Below, piece by piece: positions 1 to 13,060 of a stretch of 64,000 bases of DNA. This DNA comes from Macrostomum hystrix (Eukaryota > Animalia > Platyhelminthes). Below the pieces are notes generated by a model. It was not told the origin of the DNA. It made no database searches and saw nothing but the letters and a program-made list of their open reading frames with translations. The stretch's first letter is position 1. Every line of letters begins with the position of its first letter. Location: contig CATNEN010000011.1 of the NCBI GenBank assembly GCA_950097015.1, forward strand, positions 1,674,001 through 1,738,000, in the 5' to 3' direction. The translations under genes were made by a program, and so were the position numbers.

Positions 1-131
1 GAGCAGGCGGAGGCTGAGGTGGGTCTGTTGGCTGCCAACCAGAGAGGCACTGCCCCGCTCTGCCGCAGTTCTTTAGGTTTCTGTCTCCAAGGGAGTTCTT
101 CAACCAATCAGCGACACCCGACAAGGGCAGG
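1..131 (-). CDS. Possible next exon of the same gene, running off the window
   Basis: Pyrimidine-rich acceptor ggtctccAG at 133-132; phase 2 matches the 587 donor; open for 43 codons (LPLSGVADWLKNSLGDRN...PPQPPPA). Confidence 0.35.
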
Positions 132-586
132 CTGGAGACCAAGGACCAGAATGAATGGAATGGGGGAGTGCTAAACCATGATCTGGACTTTTTAACTTCA
201 TTCTTTTATTATTTCACTACTTATTCGTCCTTGGGCCGAAGCAGCAGCTCCGGATTGGTCTAAGCTGACGGGAGACCAAATACTAAGAGAAATTCGTGCC
301 AATTCAAAGTTGCTGCTTTTTTCGAATCATACTACTCGTGGGGCCATTGTAGGCATGTGAGACATTTTTTAAAGCTTGAGACCAGTTTATTGACAATTTT
401 TTCATTTTTTAAGAGAATATGCATATATCTAGATTCTAATAGTAGAATGACCCCTTTCCAGCCGAGCGACTGATTGACAAGTACTTTGACCTCTCCCCCA
501 AGAACGTTGACCTCTCTCCCAAGTACTTTGCCACATCCTCCAAGAATCCCACGTTTCACGATCGCAAATGAACTCCAAATTCTCAC

Positions 587-885
587 CTGCTTGTGTGACA
601 TCCGGCGAAGGTCACGTGCTTCGGCGAGCTCCGATTCGGCGGCGACAATAGCGATGACGTAGGCGACAACATCGAGCTTGTTCCGGGCGTCTGGGAGTCC
701 ACCTGATAGACGCCCTGACCTCTGCCAAGGTTACTGCTGAAGGTCAAAGAGGCGGCAGCTTCTAGCTTCAACTGTTGGCCAGAGGTGCCGCAAAGTTGAC
801 AACGGCCAAGACGATCCAGGTGGCGATGCTGACCGGATTCGATGCGCAACTGCTGAACAAGCCGCGCCGTTGGATTCTGCTGCTC
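587..885 (-). CDS. Putative internal coding exon (299 nt, phase 0 to 2), Ser/Pro/Gln-rich, unknown product
   Basis: Acceptor ccttctAG|GAG, donor CAG|GTGAGA, GC-rich open frame EQQNPTARLVQQLRIESGQ...SPPNRSSPKHVTFAGCHTS. The frame hits a stop immediately inside the intron. Confidence 0.55.
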
Positions 886-1124
886 CTAGAAGGATTGGTC
901 ATTGTTGGTGGTCATGCAGATATTGTTCGTTTCATTTATGTGTATCTCCTAAAATATCTAGAATCTAGAAGCATAAAACATTGGCATCGTCGAGATATTC
1001 AACGATTCTCGTCGAAGTGTCTGCAGGAAAAAGCCACAGAAAAAGCATGTAATTATGTCGGCTATTGTGGAATATATTGTATTAACAGAAGGACTACCAA
1101 GCCACTTTGCCGCCAGTTTTTATA

Positions 1125-1781
1125 CCAAGGGGGGGGGAATTTCCCCCTGACAATTTTTTTGCTGCACCCGAACGGAACAATGCAAGCACACGAAACTCAA
1201 GAACACGGGCCAACTTTTTGTTGCGCATCTTCTGAAACAAGAAACAACTTGCCAGCTCTTCAGACCGTCGAGATATTCAATTTTTCTGGCCGAAGGTCCG
1301 ATTTTTCCCATAAGAGCTAGTGTATTTCATACACCCCTATACACGAATTTGCACTGCGCCTCAGTGCGGCCTTTCCAGACCTTCAAACTTTATCAGCATG
1401 TCACCCGAATGTGCTTGCATCATCTCCGACTTCGGCGGTCACCGACCTTTATCTAGACGGAGCTGCTGGACCTTCAACAAGTGGCAACAGCCGACTATGG
1501 AGTCCCTAAAGCGAATTTCTCTAGTTTCGCTGATCAAGCCTCGACATTGGGCAACACTCAACTACTATACATGCTCCTCCAGTCCGTCAACCAATCAGTC
1601 ACCACCCCGACGCCGTCAGCACATTGAATGTCTCGACGGTCTGAAGAGCTGGCGACTTGTTTCTTGTTTCAGAAGATGCTCAACAAAAAGTTGGCCCGTG
1701 TTCTTGAGTTTCGTGTCCTTGCATTGTTCCGTTCGGGTGCAGCAAAAAAAATTGTATGGGAGGGGGGAATTCCCCCCTTGG
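1125..1781. mobile_element. MITE-like non-autonomous DNA transposon, 657 bp, ~155-bp TIRs, TA target duplication (Tc1/mariner-type signature)
   Basis: TA|CCAAGGGGGG...GAATT at the left end and AATTCCCCCCTTGG|TA at the right. Arms ~1125-1280 and ~1622-1781 are reverse complements (also visible as near-identical peptides in opposite-strand ORFs). Confidence 0.8.
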
Positions 1782-3348
1782 TAGTTCTACTGTTAATTAT
1801 ATTGTTAATTTATACACTTTCCAACTAATATGGATTCGCCAGGGGGGAAATAGCGTGGTGTTTCTACTGTTTATAGTCTATGGTCTATAGTTCTATGGTC
1901 AAGGGAGGCTAGCAATAACATTAGTGCTCATGATAGATTTCTTCATTGTCTATGGCCAATGATTATAATTACATTGATGAAATTGTGGTCATTATTCTCT
2001 TAATCGTATGATGGATATTGAAAAGTTGATGTTAAAAAACTCATTCTACTATGAGTAGAGTAAGACATTACTACTGAGTGAACGGATAAAAAGTGAGAGG
2101 AAAATCTGGGCCAAAATTAGCTAGCTTCACAGCTGACTAGACAAACCAGAGGCTTTCTAGGCCTTCACTGACACCATTTGCCTAGCTGACTCAACTAGCT
2201 ACAGATGGGGATCAATATATGAAATGGGAAAACATTCCCCTCGGAACGGGAATCGGATGCTTGGGGAAGGATGCCTGTAAGCTTGTGCGAAGGGATTTAT
2301 ATCCCCCAGGAAAGCTATTAAATCGCTAGAGGGGGTTTCGAGTAAATGAGGGCAAGCAGAAGACGACCTCCCCCCAGGATTGTCGCGCGTTGGTTCTAGC
2401 AGCTACCAACTGCTCCGTTTCTTGCCACGGAGAGGCACAATTTATCACCCCCTCTGGGCGACTCCCAGAAACTGACTGATGACGCCAGAAACCACCTCCC
2501 CACCCCCCTCCAGACCCCCTCACCAACTCTTTGTGAATCCCCTTCACCATTGCGGCAGATGGAATTTCACAGGCCCCAACAAACCCAGGCTTAACCTCCC
2601 TAGCTGTCTTGGGGGCAACATGGGAAAAGGATATTTGGGTCTTTGTCCCGCCAAAAAATGTGCATCAGCCGAGTCCTGGCAACTAAACGCTTCTATGGTG
2701 CAGTTGATCTTCGTCAAGCGTTTGTCAAGTCTTTGTTTATACACACATATATATATATATATTGAAATCTGGTCGAGTGGTTTACATTGCGAATGATTTA
2801 TTGTAAGAAAGTGTTACCATGCAAATCATTATTTAGATTCAATGGTTAGGCTTGACACTTATTTTACTCTTGCAATGGCAGCCAGTTGTTCTGACCTCCA
2901 TCGTGCAATGCCTGCATGATACTTTCCAAACTTTCATAAAATTTCTCACGACTATAGAATTTAGTTTGGGGCGTGTTGCGTGTTGCAACTAAAGGAAAAC
3001 AATGCACTAGCAAACGGGCCCTGTGTTGGGTGTCTGGAGCCATTTTGACGAAATTCTCGTGTTATTTAATCCAGGATTAAGTTTTCTATCCCGCATATTG
3101 TGTGACGTCTGTGACAAGGGTTTGATGACATATTTTTGGTTGTTCTAACACTTTATCCGTGGTCTTACTAGGACAGTGGCGTTAAGATTGCATCGCTACA
3201 TGCGCATTGTTAGCAACGGCTAAGGATTGCTGTGAGAATTGAAAACAAGTCGATAGCAAACTGTCTGTTCTGATGATATTGGGTGTCCAACTATATGAGC
3301 ATAATAAGCGTGGACCTCTAGAGACAGTTAGCAAAGTATGTTCATTTA

Positions 3349-5007
3349 AGGTGGACACCCAGTCCTGTCTTTGAGGTGGACACCCAGTCCTGTCTGTGAG
3401 GTGGACACCCAGTTCTGTCTGTGAGGTGGACACACAATCCTGTCTTTGAGGTGGACACCCAATCCTGTCTGTGAGGTGGACACCCAGTCCTGTCTTTGAG
3501 GTGGACACCCAATCCTGTCTTTGAGGTGGACACACAATCCTGTCTTTGAGGTGGACACCCAATCCTGTCTGTGAGGTGGACACCCAGTCCTGTCTTTGAG
3601 GTGGACACCCAATCCTGTCTGTGAGGTGGACACCCAATACTGTCTTTGAGGTGGGCACACACTGCTGTCTTTGGGGTGGACACACAATCCTGTCTGTGAG
3701 GTGGACACACAATACTGTCTTTCAGGTGGACACACAATACTGTCTTTCAGGTGGACACTCAATACTGTCTGTGAGGTGGACACCCAGTCCTGTCTTTGAG
3801 GTGGACACACAATCCTGTCTGTGAGGTGGACACACAATCCTGTCTTTGAGGTGGGCACACAATACTGTCTTTGGGGTGGACACACAATCCTGTCTGTGAG
3901 GTGGACACCCAGTCCTGTCTGTGAGGTGGACACACAATACTGTCTTTCAGGTGGACACTCAATACTGTCTGTGAGGTGGACACCCAGTCCTGTCTTTGAG
4001 GTGGACACCCAATCCTGTCTTTGAGGTGGACACACAATCCTGTCTTTGAGGTGGACACCCAATCCTGTCTGTGAGGTGGACACCCAGTCCTGTCTTTGAG
4101 GTGGACACCCAATCCTGTCTGTGAGGTGGACACCCAATACTGTCTTTGAGGTGGGCACACACTGCTGTCTTTGGGGTGGACACACAATCCTGTCTTTGAG
4201 GTGGACACACAATACTGTCTTTGAGGTGGACACCCAATCCTGTCTGTGAGGTGGACACACAATACTGTCTTTGAGGTGGACACACAATACTGTCTTTGAG
4301 GTGGACACACAATCCTGTCTTTGAGGTGGACACACAATCCTGTCTTTGAGGTGGACACAAAATCCTGTCTTTGAGGTGGACACCCAGTCCTGTCTGTGAG
4401 GTGGACACACAATACTGTCTTTCAGGTGGACACTCAATACTGTCTGTGAGGTGGACACCCATTCCTGTCTGTGAGGTGGACACACAATCCTGTCTTTGAG
4501 GTGGACACACAATCCTGTCTTTGAGGTGGACACACAATCCTGTCGTTGAGGTGGACACACAATCCTGTCTTTGAGATGGACACACAATCCTGTCTTTGAG
4601 GTGGGCACACACTGCTGTCTTTGGGGTGGACACACAATACTGTCTTTGAGGTGGATACAATCCTGTCTGTGAGGTGGACACACAATACTGTCTTTCAGGT
4701 GGACACACAATCCTGTCTGTGAGGTGGACACACAATCCTGTCTTTGAGGTGGACACAATCCTGTCTGTGAGGTGGACACACAATCCTGTCTGTGAGGTGG
4801 ACACACAATCCTGTCTTTGAGGTGGACACACAATCCTGTCTTTGAGGTGGACACACAATCCTGTCTTTGAGGTGGACACACAATCCTGTCTGTGAGGTGG
4901 ACACACAATCCTGTCTTTGAGGTGGACACACAATCCTGTCTGTGAGGTGGACACACAATCCTGTCTTTGAGGTGGACACACAATCCTGTCTTTGAGGTGG
5001 ACACCCA
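3349..5007. repeat. 25-bp minisatellite GAGGTGGACAC(A/C)CA(A/G)TCCTGTCT(T/G)T, ~66 copies
   Basis: Direct reading; 25-aa periodic ORFs cycling through the frames. Confidence 0.97.
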
Positions 5008-5898
5008 ACGTAAACTTTGTGGCTATCCGCTGGTGTAAATCAAAGTTCTGGCAATTATTTCGATTAGTCAGACAATAAAGTAGCATCGAGCCGATTGGCT
5101 GATGAAGCCTGCTTCTGTCTCACCAGATTTTGTTGGCCCTTAGGGAGGTTGGAGACCACATAGGGAGAAAGTGGATCCTAGAGGAAATTAAGAGCGGCAA
5201 AAGAAATGACGGGGGTGCAATTCAGGATGTGCTGGGCAATCCGGGTGAAGGTCTCACTGTGGTCTCCCCTAGGGAAATGTTTGAAATTAATTTTTGCAGT
5301 CTGGAAGGAGCGAATTCCAGGATATTGGTCAGTTGAGGGACATTCAAGACACTTGACCTTGAAGCCAGATGCTCTGCGTTTTTAATGAAGGTTCCGGGAC
5401 CGACTTTTGACGAATAGGTCCCCTCCCAGTCCATGGACTGAACAGCTGCACATAGCCCAGAAGGCTATGAATTAGCTATACGAATAAAATGCACTATAAG
5501 CAAAACTGACTGGACACACCAAAGTCTTCTTTTGTGTAGCAATTAACTACAACAAGCTGATTACATCAGACTATAGCTAGCCAAGGTGGACACGGAGAAA
5601 CCACTTGTGATACACTTGAAAGTAAAAGTGTGTTTATAATGTGCACTATTCAATCAAGCTACTTCAATATCATATAAATGCGCGATTGTTTGGAATGGGA
5701 CGTTTTTTAGTAATGCGTAGCTAGCTTTCAATGCGTTGGCTACGACGGTAAATGGCCTAATAAAATAAGCAGACGGGGTTTCTGCAGCTCTTACCTAAAT
5801 AAAGTTAAAGTTAAAAGTTAAAAGTGGACTTTTTCGCATTTCTATTTAAGTAAGAAGGCATAGAGACAAATAGTCTGCATAATTTCATTGCTAATTGA

Positions 5899-6224
5899 AG
5901 GTCACGCTATTGGCTTAAAGCGGAAATCCTGCGTGGAAGTTCTAAAAAAGCGGTAAATTTTGATTGGCTCGTCAAGGTCACGTGATTGGTTTTTATGCGG
6001 AAATCCTGCGTGGAAGTTCTAAAAATAGCCGTAAATTTTGATTGGCTCGTCAAGGTCACGTGATTGGTTTTTATGCGGAAATCCTGCGTGGAAGTTCTAA
6101 AAATAGCCATAAATTTTGATTGGCTTGTCAAGGTCACGTGATTGGTTTTTATGCGGAAATCCTGCGTGGAAGTTCTAAAAATAGTCGAAAATTTTTATTG
6201 GCCCGTCAAGGTCACGTGATTGGC
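5899..6224. repeat. 78-bp tandem repeat, ~4 copies
   Basis: GTCAAGGTCACG recurs at 5971, 6049 and 6127. Confidence 0.95.
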
Positions 6225-7966
6225 TTGAAAGAGTTCCCAAAATAAGGAATAGAAAATAATAGAAGATAAAATAGAAAATATAGCTCGTATTTCTCCTGAA
6301 GATATAAAATAAAATTATTTTAAAGAAAGAATTAAAGAAAGAAGGGTTTCCAAGAAATCCTAATTGCAGCACAATTCACACTAAGCAACAGCAGCTAACC
6401 TAGTAGATTTATTTAATACCATTTTACATAAAGCGTACCCGATTGATCAGTTAGCTATGAGGTCAATGCAGGACTTGCTTACACACTATACGTGTGTCTC
6501 TACAGTTTTCTTTTTGTTAGTGGGCCAGTGCGTGTTACGTAATCAAATTAGCATTTCTCTTCTGCGAAGGAAAAAAAGGACGAAAAAGAACTGTTGCAGC
6601 TGGAGCATTTCTCTAGAAAGAGAAGAAATCCTACAGACTGTCTATGATAATCCTTTTATATCGAGTGGGATTGAATAGAAAAAATATTCAACTATTAATT
6701 CGATCGATAGTCACTTTAAGCTTAGAAGCCACTTCTCGTATTTAAAACTGATTGAGGAATTCAAAGTTTTTTTGAAGCTAAATACGTAGATAAAAAGCAC
6801 TAACAGTAGGAAATCAAGCGTCGTTAGTAAAAAGAGAACAAATCTTACAAGAATCGGACTCAGGCGGAAAGCATTTGAGTAGTAAAAGTTTGACAGTCTT
6901 CGTCGCGACAGGTCCGTTGTCATAGTAACCTTTGGCTCATGCATAGATAAGCGACGCATCGATCTCTCATTTTTCCACGATAGATTCATGATTTTTTCAA
7001 CTTATTTTCTGCAACTTTTTCAAACACGCTTTCCAAATAGCTTAATAGAAAAAATTCTGACTAGATTGCTTATAGCTTGCTTCGCAACGTCTTCCGCTTT
7101 TAAACCCTTGGAGAAGAAACGGTAAGAATGGAAAAACTATGAATTCTATGAATGAACTTCGTGAGCATAGGATTATTCTATTTGGCCAATCGGCTAAAAA
7201 ACTTGTGGGAATTTTTCTGGCTTTGTCAGTCGGACCCGTTAGTATACGTCCGCGTTGTTTTACAGCGAACATTGCGGAGCCGTCAATTCCCGTCTCTCTC
7301 CAATTCTTCCTATAGAAAAATAATCCTTTGAAAAATCTGCCCCACAACCACAAACTCAATTCGCCCCACCAGAGTCGATTTCTAAAACTAGTCGACTGCT
7401 CAATTGTTCTCATTGAGCCTTGATAGACCATAGCTACTTAGTATCTTATTGTAGCCATTCTGGTAAAAAATCAATTTCTTCCGACCTACCAGCAACCATG
7501 AGAGATCCGTTGTCAATCCTAAGTGTGTGTGTGTCTGTGTGCTAATGTGTGAGCCAAGGCTTTGAGTTTACTTTTAGAATTTCCGTTTTGCGCGCCTAGT
7601 GACAAATGGCAAGCGTACTGAACGATGACTCATCTAGAACTCTTATCCCAATAAATTTTACCATAGCCAACGGAACCAAGTCTATTGTAGTTCAACTCAG
7701 TAGCTATGCTCAGAAAGTACATTGGCAGGTAAAACTCATGCGCATGGCAGGGAGCTTTTCTGGATGGCGGCGGCTTGTCAAAAAGGACCTGTCAATTAAC
7801 TGGAGAGGCTATCGACGGAAAACAGTCAGTCACAGACTGGGAGTTTGGCAACATTAGCGCCGTACAGAATGCCAAACCCCATAGGGGGGAAATGTTAGCT
7901 AAAAAATCACAAACTGTGAGTAATATGACTAACTGCTTGAGTCTCGACTGCTGAACTCTAAGAACA

Positions 7967-9241
7967 GGGATCTGGGAACGGGATCTGGGAACGGGATCTG
8001 GGATCGGGATCTGGGATCGGGATCTGGGATCGGGATCTGGGATCGGGATCTGGGATCGGGATCTGGGATCGGGATCTGGGATCGGGATCTGGGATCGGGA
8101 TCTGGGATCGGGATCTGGGATCGGGATCTGGGATCGGGATCTGGGATCGGGATCTGGGATCGGGATCTGGGATCGGGATCTGGGATCGGGATCTGGGATC
8201 GGGATCTGGGATCGGGATCTGGGATCGGGATCTGGGATCGGGATCTGGGATCGGGATCTGGGATCGGGATCTGGGATCGGGATCTGGGATCGGGATCTGG
8301 GATCGGGATCTGGGATCGGGATCTGGGATCGGGATCTGGGATCGGGATCTGGGATCGGGATCTGGGATCGGGATCTGGGATCGGGATCTGGGATCGGGAT
8401 CTGGGATCGGGATCTGGGATCGGGATCTGGGATCGGGATCTGGGATCGGGATCTGGGATCGGGATCTGGGATCGGGATCTGGGATCGGGATCTGGGATCG
8501 GGATCTGGGATCGGGATCTGGGATCGGGATCTGGGATCGGGATCTGGGATCGGGATCTGGGATCGGGATCTGGGATCGGGATCTGGGATCGGGATCTGGG
8601 ATCGGGATCTGGGATCGGGATCTGGGATCGGGATCTGGGATCGGGATCTGGGATCGGGATCTGGGATCGGGATCTGGGATCGGGATCTGGGATCGGGATC
8701 TGGGATCGGGATCTGGGATCGGGATCTGGGATCGGGATCTGGGATCGGGATCTGGGATCGGGATCTGGGATCGGGATCTGGGATCGGGATCTGGGATCGG
8801 GATCTGGGATCGGGATCTGGGATCGGGATCTGGGATCGGGATCTGGGATCTGGGATCGGGATCTGGATCTGGGATCTGGATCTGGGATCGGGATCTGGGA
8901 TCGGGATCTGGGATCTGGATCTGGGATCGGGATCTGGGATCGGGATCTGGGATCGGGATCTGGGATCGGGATCTGGGATCGGGATCTGGGATCGGGATCT
9001 GGGATCGGGATCTGGGATCGGGATCTGGGATCGGGATCTGGGATCGGGATCTGGGATCGGGATCTGGGATCGGGATCTGGGATCGGGATCTGGGATCGGG
9101 ATCTGGGATCGGGATCTGGGATCGGGATCTGGGATCGGGATCTGGGATCGGGATCTGGGATCGGGATCTGGGATCGGGATCTGGGATCGGGATCTGGGAT
9201 CGGGATCTGGGATCGGGATCTGGGATCGGGATCTGGGATCG
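7967..9241. repeat. 13-bp array (GGGATCTGGGATC)n, ~98 copies, nearly homogeneous
   Basis: Direct reading; minor variants at the 5' end and at ~8850-8920. Confidence 0.98.
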
Positions 9242-10465
9242 CTGACACACAGTCGCAATCCTACTTCTTATTTTTTTAGCTTTACCTAGTTCTCAACTCT
9301 TTATAACTTTTAAGAATAAGATTTATGGGGATAAATATCCCATCTGATTACATAATCAGACTGCTCAATTGTTAATGTGACCCATAAGGTAATTTTTCTA
9401 TTCTTGTCCGTATTGGCAAATCAGGTCTGTTGTTACATTATTACGTAAGGTCAAATAATTCTTAGCCGGACTGAAAGGAAGAACCAATATTTCTTAGAAA
9501 AATACTCGTATAGTTAAAGCACATTTCCTGAACCTAAGTTTTCGTATAGTAATATCACTACTAGGGGCAGCAAAATGTGTAACTTAATGTCTGAATTAAT
9601 CATATTTATGCGCATATAACTGAGATGCATTTAAAACTCTTCGAGACACAATTCATGACTCACTGCTCAGGAAATCAATGCTATGAGTCGGATCCCACAT
9701 TCTAGAATTATAATTTCACAAAGGCAAATGAGAATAGAAAAATGTGACAGATCGTGACACAGTCGAGATTGGACATGAGGTTAAACTGGGTATCAGTGAT
9801 AAGATCGATAAGAAATTTGCTTCAATCCCATCTCTGAATCATTCAGAAAGCATTAGATTATTTCTTCTGAGAATAGTTTTTTAAACCTTTAAGGGACAGT
9901 GTCTAAGGAACAGTTGAGTTTACACTGCCTGACGATTAGAGAAAGTCAGGACAGATGTACACACCTGAGAGAGCGTGTGCCCTCGCTTCGGGTTGTTATA
10001 ATACTAGCGTAGTTACTGTTATTATCTATCAATCATTATCAAATCTTTCTTCTCTAGACCACAATCAAAGTTAAATTCTAAACTTCATTGCTCCAAATGC
10101 AGTCCAAATCAATCCAAAGTTCATCTGGACGTCCAACATACAGCTGAAGCCAATTAGGCCGATTCAGATGCCAGTTCTGTTCCGAGCAATCAAAGCAATG
10201 CATCACCGATTGGAGAGACGGAAGAAGAGAAAAAGAGAGTGTGGGGAGAAAATTAAGTCCGCCTTGAGACTCCACACGAGCAAAGCCTATCCGACTCCTA
10301 TGCTCAAAGTCTGAGTCATGCCTATCTAAAAAGCTGCTCAAGCTCTTTTTTGTTTTAACACTATCTACTTGAGCTGATGGTGAAGCTTACGGATGTACTT
10401 TTAAGGCCAAGCAGTGATTTCGTGTGCTTGGAATTTAACTTCTAGCAGCGAAACTGCAGCAGCAA

Positions 10466-10970
10466 CAGTAAACTGTAAACAGTAAACTGTAAACAGTAAA
10501 CTGTAAACAGTAAACTGTAAACAGTAAACTGTAAACAGTAAACTGTAAACAGTAAACTGTAAACAGTAAACTGTAAACAGTAAACTGTAAACAGTAAACT
10601 GTAAACAGTAAACTGTAAACAGTAAACTGTAAACAGTAAACTGTAAACAGTAAACTGTAAACAGTAAACTGTAAACTGTAAACTGTAAAGAGTAAACTGT
10701 AAACAGTAAACTGTAAACAGTAAACTGTAAACTGTAAACTGTAAACTGTAAACTGTAAACTGTAAACTGTAAACAGTAAACTGTAAACTGTAAACAGTAA
10801 ACAGTAAACAGTAAACAGTAAACAGTAAACTGTAAACTGTAAACTGTAAACTGTAAACTGTAAACTGTAAACTGTAAACTGTAAACTGTAAACTGTAAAC
10901 TGTAAACTGTAAACTGTAAACTGTAAACTGTAAACTGCAAACTGTGAATTATAAAATTTAAACTGTAAAA
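10466..10970. repeat. 7/14-bp array of GTAAACA/GTAAACT heptamers
   Basis: Direct reading. Confidence 0.97.
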
Positions 10971-11532
10971 TGTTTACTGAATGTACATGCGCCTTTTTTG
11001 TGCTCAAACTACAATAAGTGGTATTAAGTGAGGTACAAGTTAAGTGCAGTCGCGCCACTTATAAAAGGACCAAACTGGAAAAATACAGAACCTACTGCTA
11101 TTGTGCAAGACTGAAGAGATAATAAACAATAATAATCAATGTGTCATGTCAGCAGTGTCACGGCCAGTTGATGCGGCCGTGGCGGCAAGTGGTCACACAA
11201 TAGAGGCCAGATCAGAAGGCACAGGGGTCGGATGGGGTGGGTGCAGAGAGCGGCGGTAGCAGCGGAGAGAAGATGAAAGAATCAGAAAAAACGCCGACAA
11301 AGAGTAAAGCTTTGGACATGTTTGAAATCCTGCCACTATAGAGAGGTTCGCGTCAAGTGCATTCGCTGTCTAATCTTATGCCAATCTCTGTGGGATCCTT
11401 TTTTTGCACCGGGTTTGGTGCCTGGAACACGGAAACGAAATAGGAATCTGTGTGTGCACCTTTTGATTGGCTAAGTTAAGGTTTTATAAAAAATACATGA
11501 AAAGTGAGTTAAAATTTACTTATGGGGTTTTT

Positions 11533-11735
11533 TAGGTGATAGGGATCAGGATTAGGTGATAGGGATCAGGATTAGGTGATAGGGATCAGGATTAGGTGAT
11601 GGGGATCAGGATTTGGTGATGGGGATCAGGATTTGGTGATAGGGATCAGGATTAGGTGATGGGGATCAGGATTAGGTGATGGGGATCAGGATTTGGTGAT
11701 AGGGATCAGGATCAGGTGATGGGGATCGTGATTAG
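11533..11735. repeat. 20-bp array GGTGAT(A/G)GGGATCAGGATT(A/T), ~9 copies
   Basis: Direct reading. Confidence 0.95.
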
Positions 11736-12179
11736 ATCATTGGAAATAGGGTGATGGGTATTGATGTAGACCATGAGTATCCTCGATAATCGATCCCGGA
11801 TTTTAAACTCTAAAATCAGCGTCAAAATCTGGTCTAGGGACTATTTTACTTGATTGCAATAGTCTCACAATTGTTCCCAACCGATTAATAATAATGATAT
11901 GCAGCATTACAATTCCAATGTACATTGTGAGTGAACAGCAGACAGGCCACTGTCGCTGTGTCTCGTGTGGATTTTCTAGTGTGCTAGCCGATTTCCTAAA
12001 ATACTAGCCTGCAAGCCTTGACAAGCATTATGCAAATTGGAGGCCAGCATTTCACTGGAGTCCCATTTAACTATACTCGCAAAGCTATGACGTAGGCGTG
12101 ACATTCAGTAAGTTCAGCTCGAGAGAAATAGAGAGACAGTACTTGCCGGTATAAAGCACAGAACGACATTGTTTCGCTT

Positions 12180-13060
12180 AGATCCTGATCCCAGATCCTG
12201 ATCCCAGATCCTGATCCCAGATCCTGATCCCAGATCCTGATCCCAGATCCTGATCCCAGATCCTGATCCCAGATCCTGATCCCAGATCCTGATCCCAGAT
12301 CCTGATCCCAGATCCTGATCCCAGATCCTGATCCCAGATCCTGATCCCAGATCCTGATCCCAGATCCTGATCCCAGATCCTGATCCCAGATCCTGATCCC
12401 AGATCCTGATCCCAGATCCTGATCCCAGATCCTGATCCCAGATCCTGATCCCAGATCCTGATCCCAGATCCTGATCCCAGATCCTGATCCCAGATCCTGA
12501 TCCCAGATCCTGATCCCAGATCCTGATCCCAGATCCTGATCCCAGATCCTGATCCCAGATCCTGATCCCAGATCCTGATCCCAGATCCTGATCCCAGATC
12601 CTGATCCCAGATCCTGATCCCAGATCCTGATCCCAGATCCTGATCCCAGATCCTGATCCCAGATCCTGATCCCAGATCCTGATCCCAGATCCTGATCCCA
12701 GATCCTGATCCCAGATCCTGATCCCAGATCCTGATCCCAGATCCTGATCCCAGATCCTGATCCCAGATCCTGATCCCAGATCCTGATCCCAGATCCTGAT
12801 CCCAGATCCTGATCCCAGATCCTGATCCCAGATCCTGATCCCAGATCCTGATCCCAGATCCTGATCCCAGATCCTGATCCCAGATCCTGATCCCAGATCC
12901 TGATCCCAGATCCTGATCCCAGATCCTGATCCCAGATCCTGATCCCAGATCCTGATCCCAGATCCTGATCCCAGATCCTGATCCCAGATCCTGATCCCAG
13001 ATCCTGATCCCAGATCCTGATCCCAGATCCTGATCCCAGATCCTGATCCCAGATCCTGAT
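12180..13060. repeat. 13-bp array (GATCCTGATCCCA)n, ~68 copies, homogeneous
   Basis: Direct reading. Confidence 0.98.

Noticed and set aside
775-1784. ORFs of 181 aa (775-1320) and 154 aa (1320-1784)
   Set aside because: They span MITE arms and an antisense exon; no recognisable domain.
7967-13060. Bona fide Foldback transposon call
   Set aside because: No shared terminal sequence or target-site duplication outside the arrays; kept only as an inverted-repeat observation.
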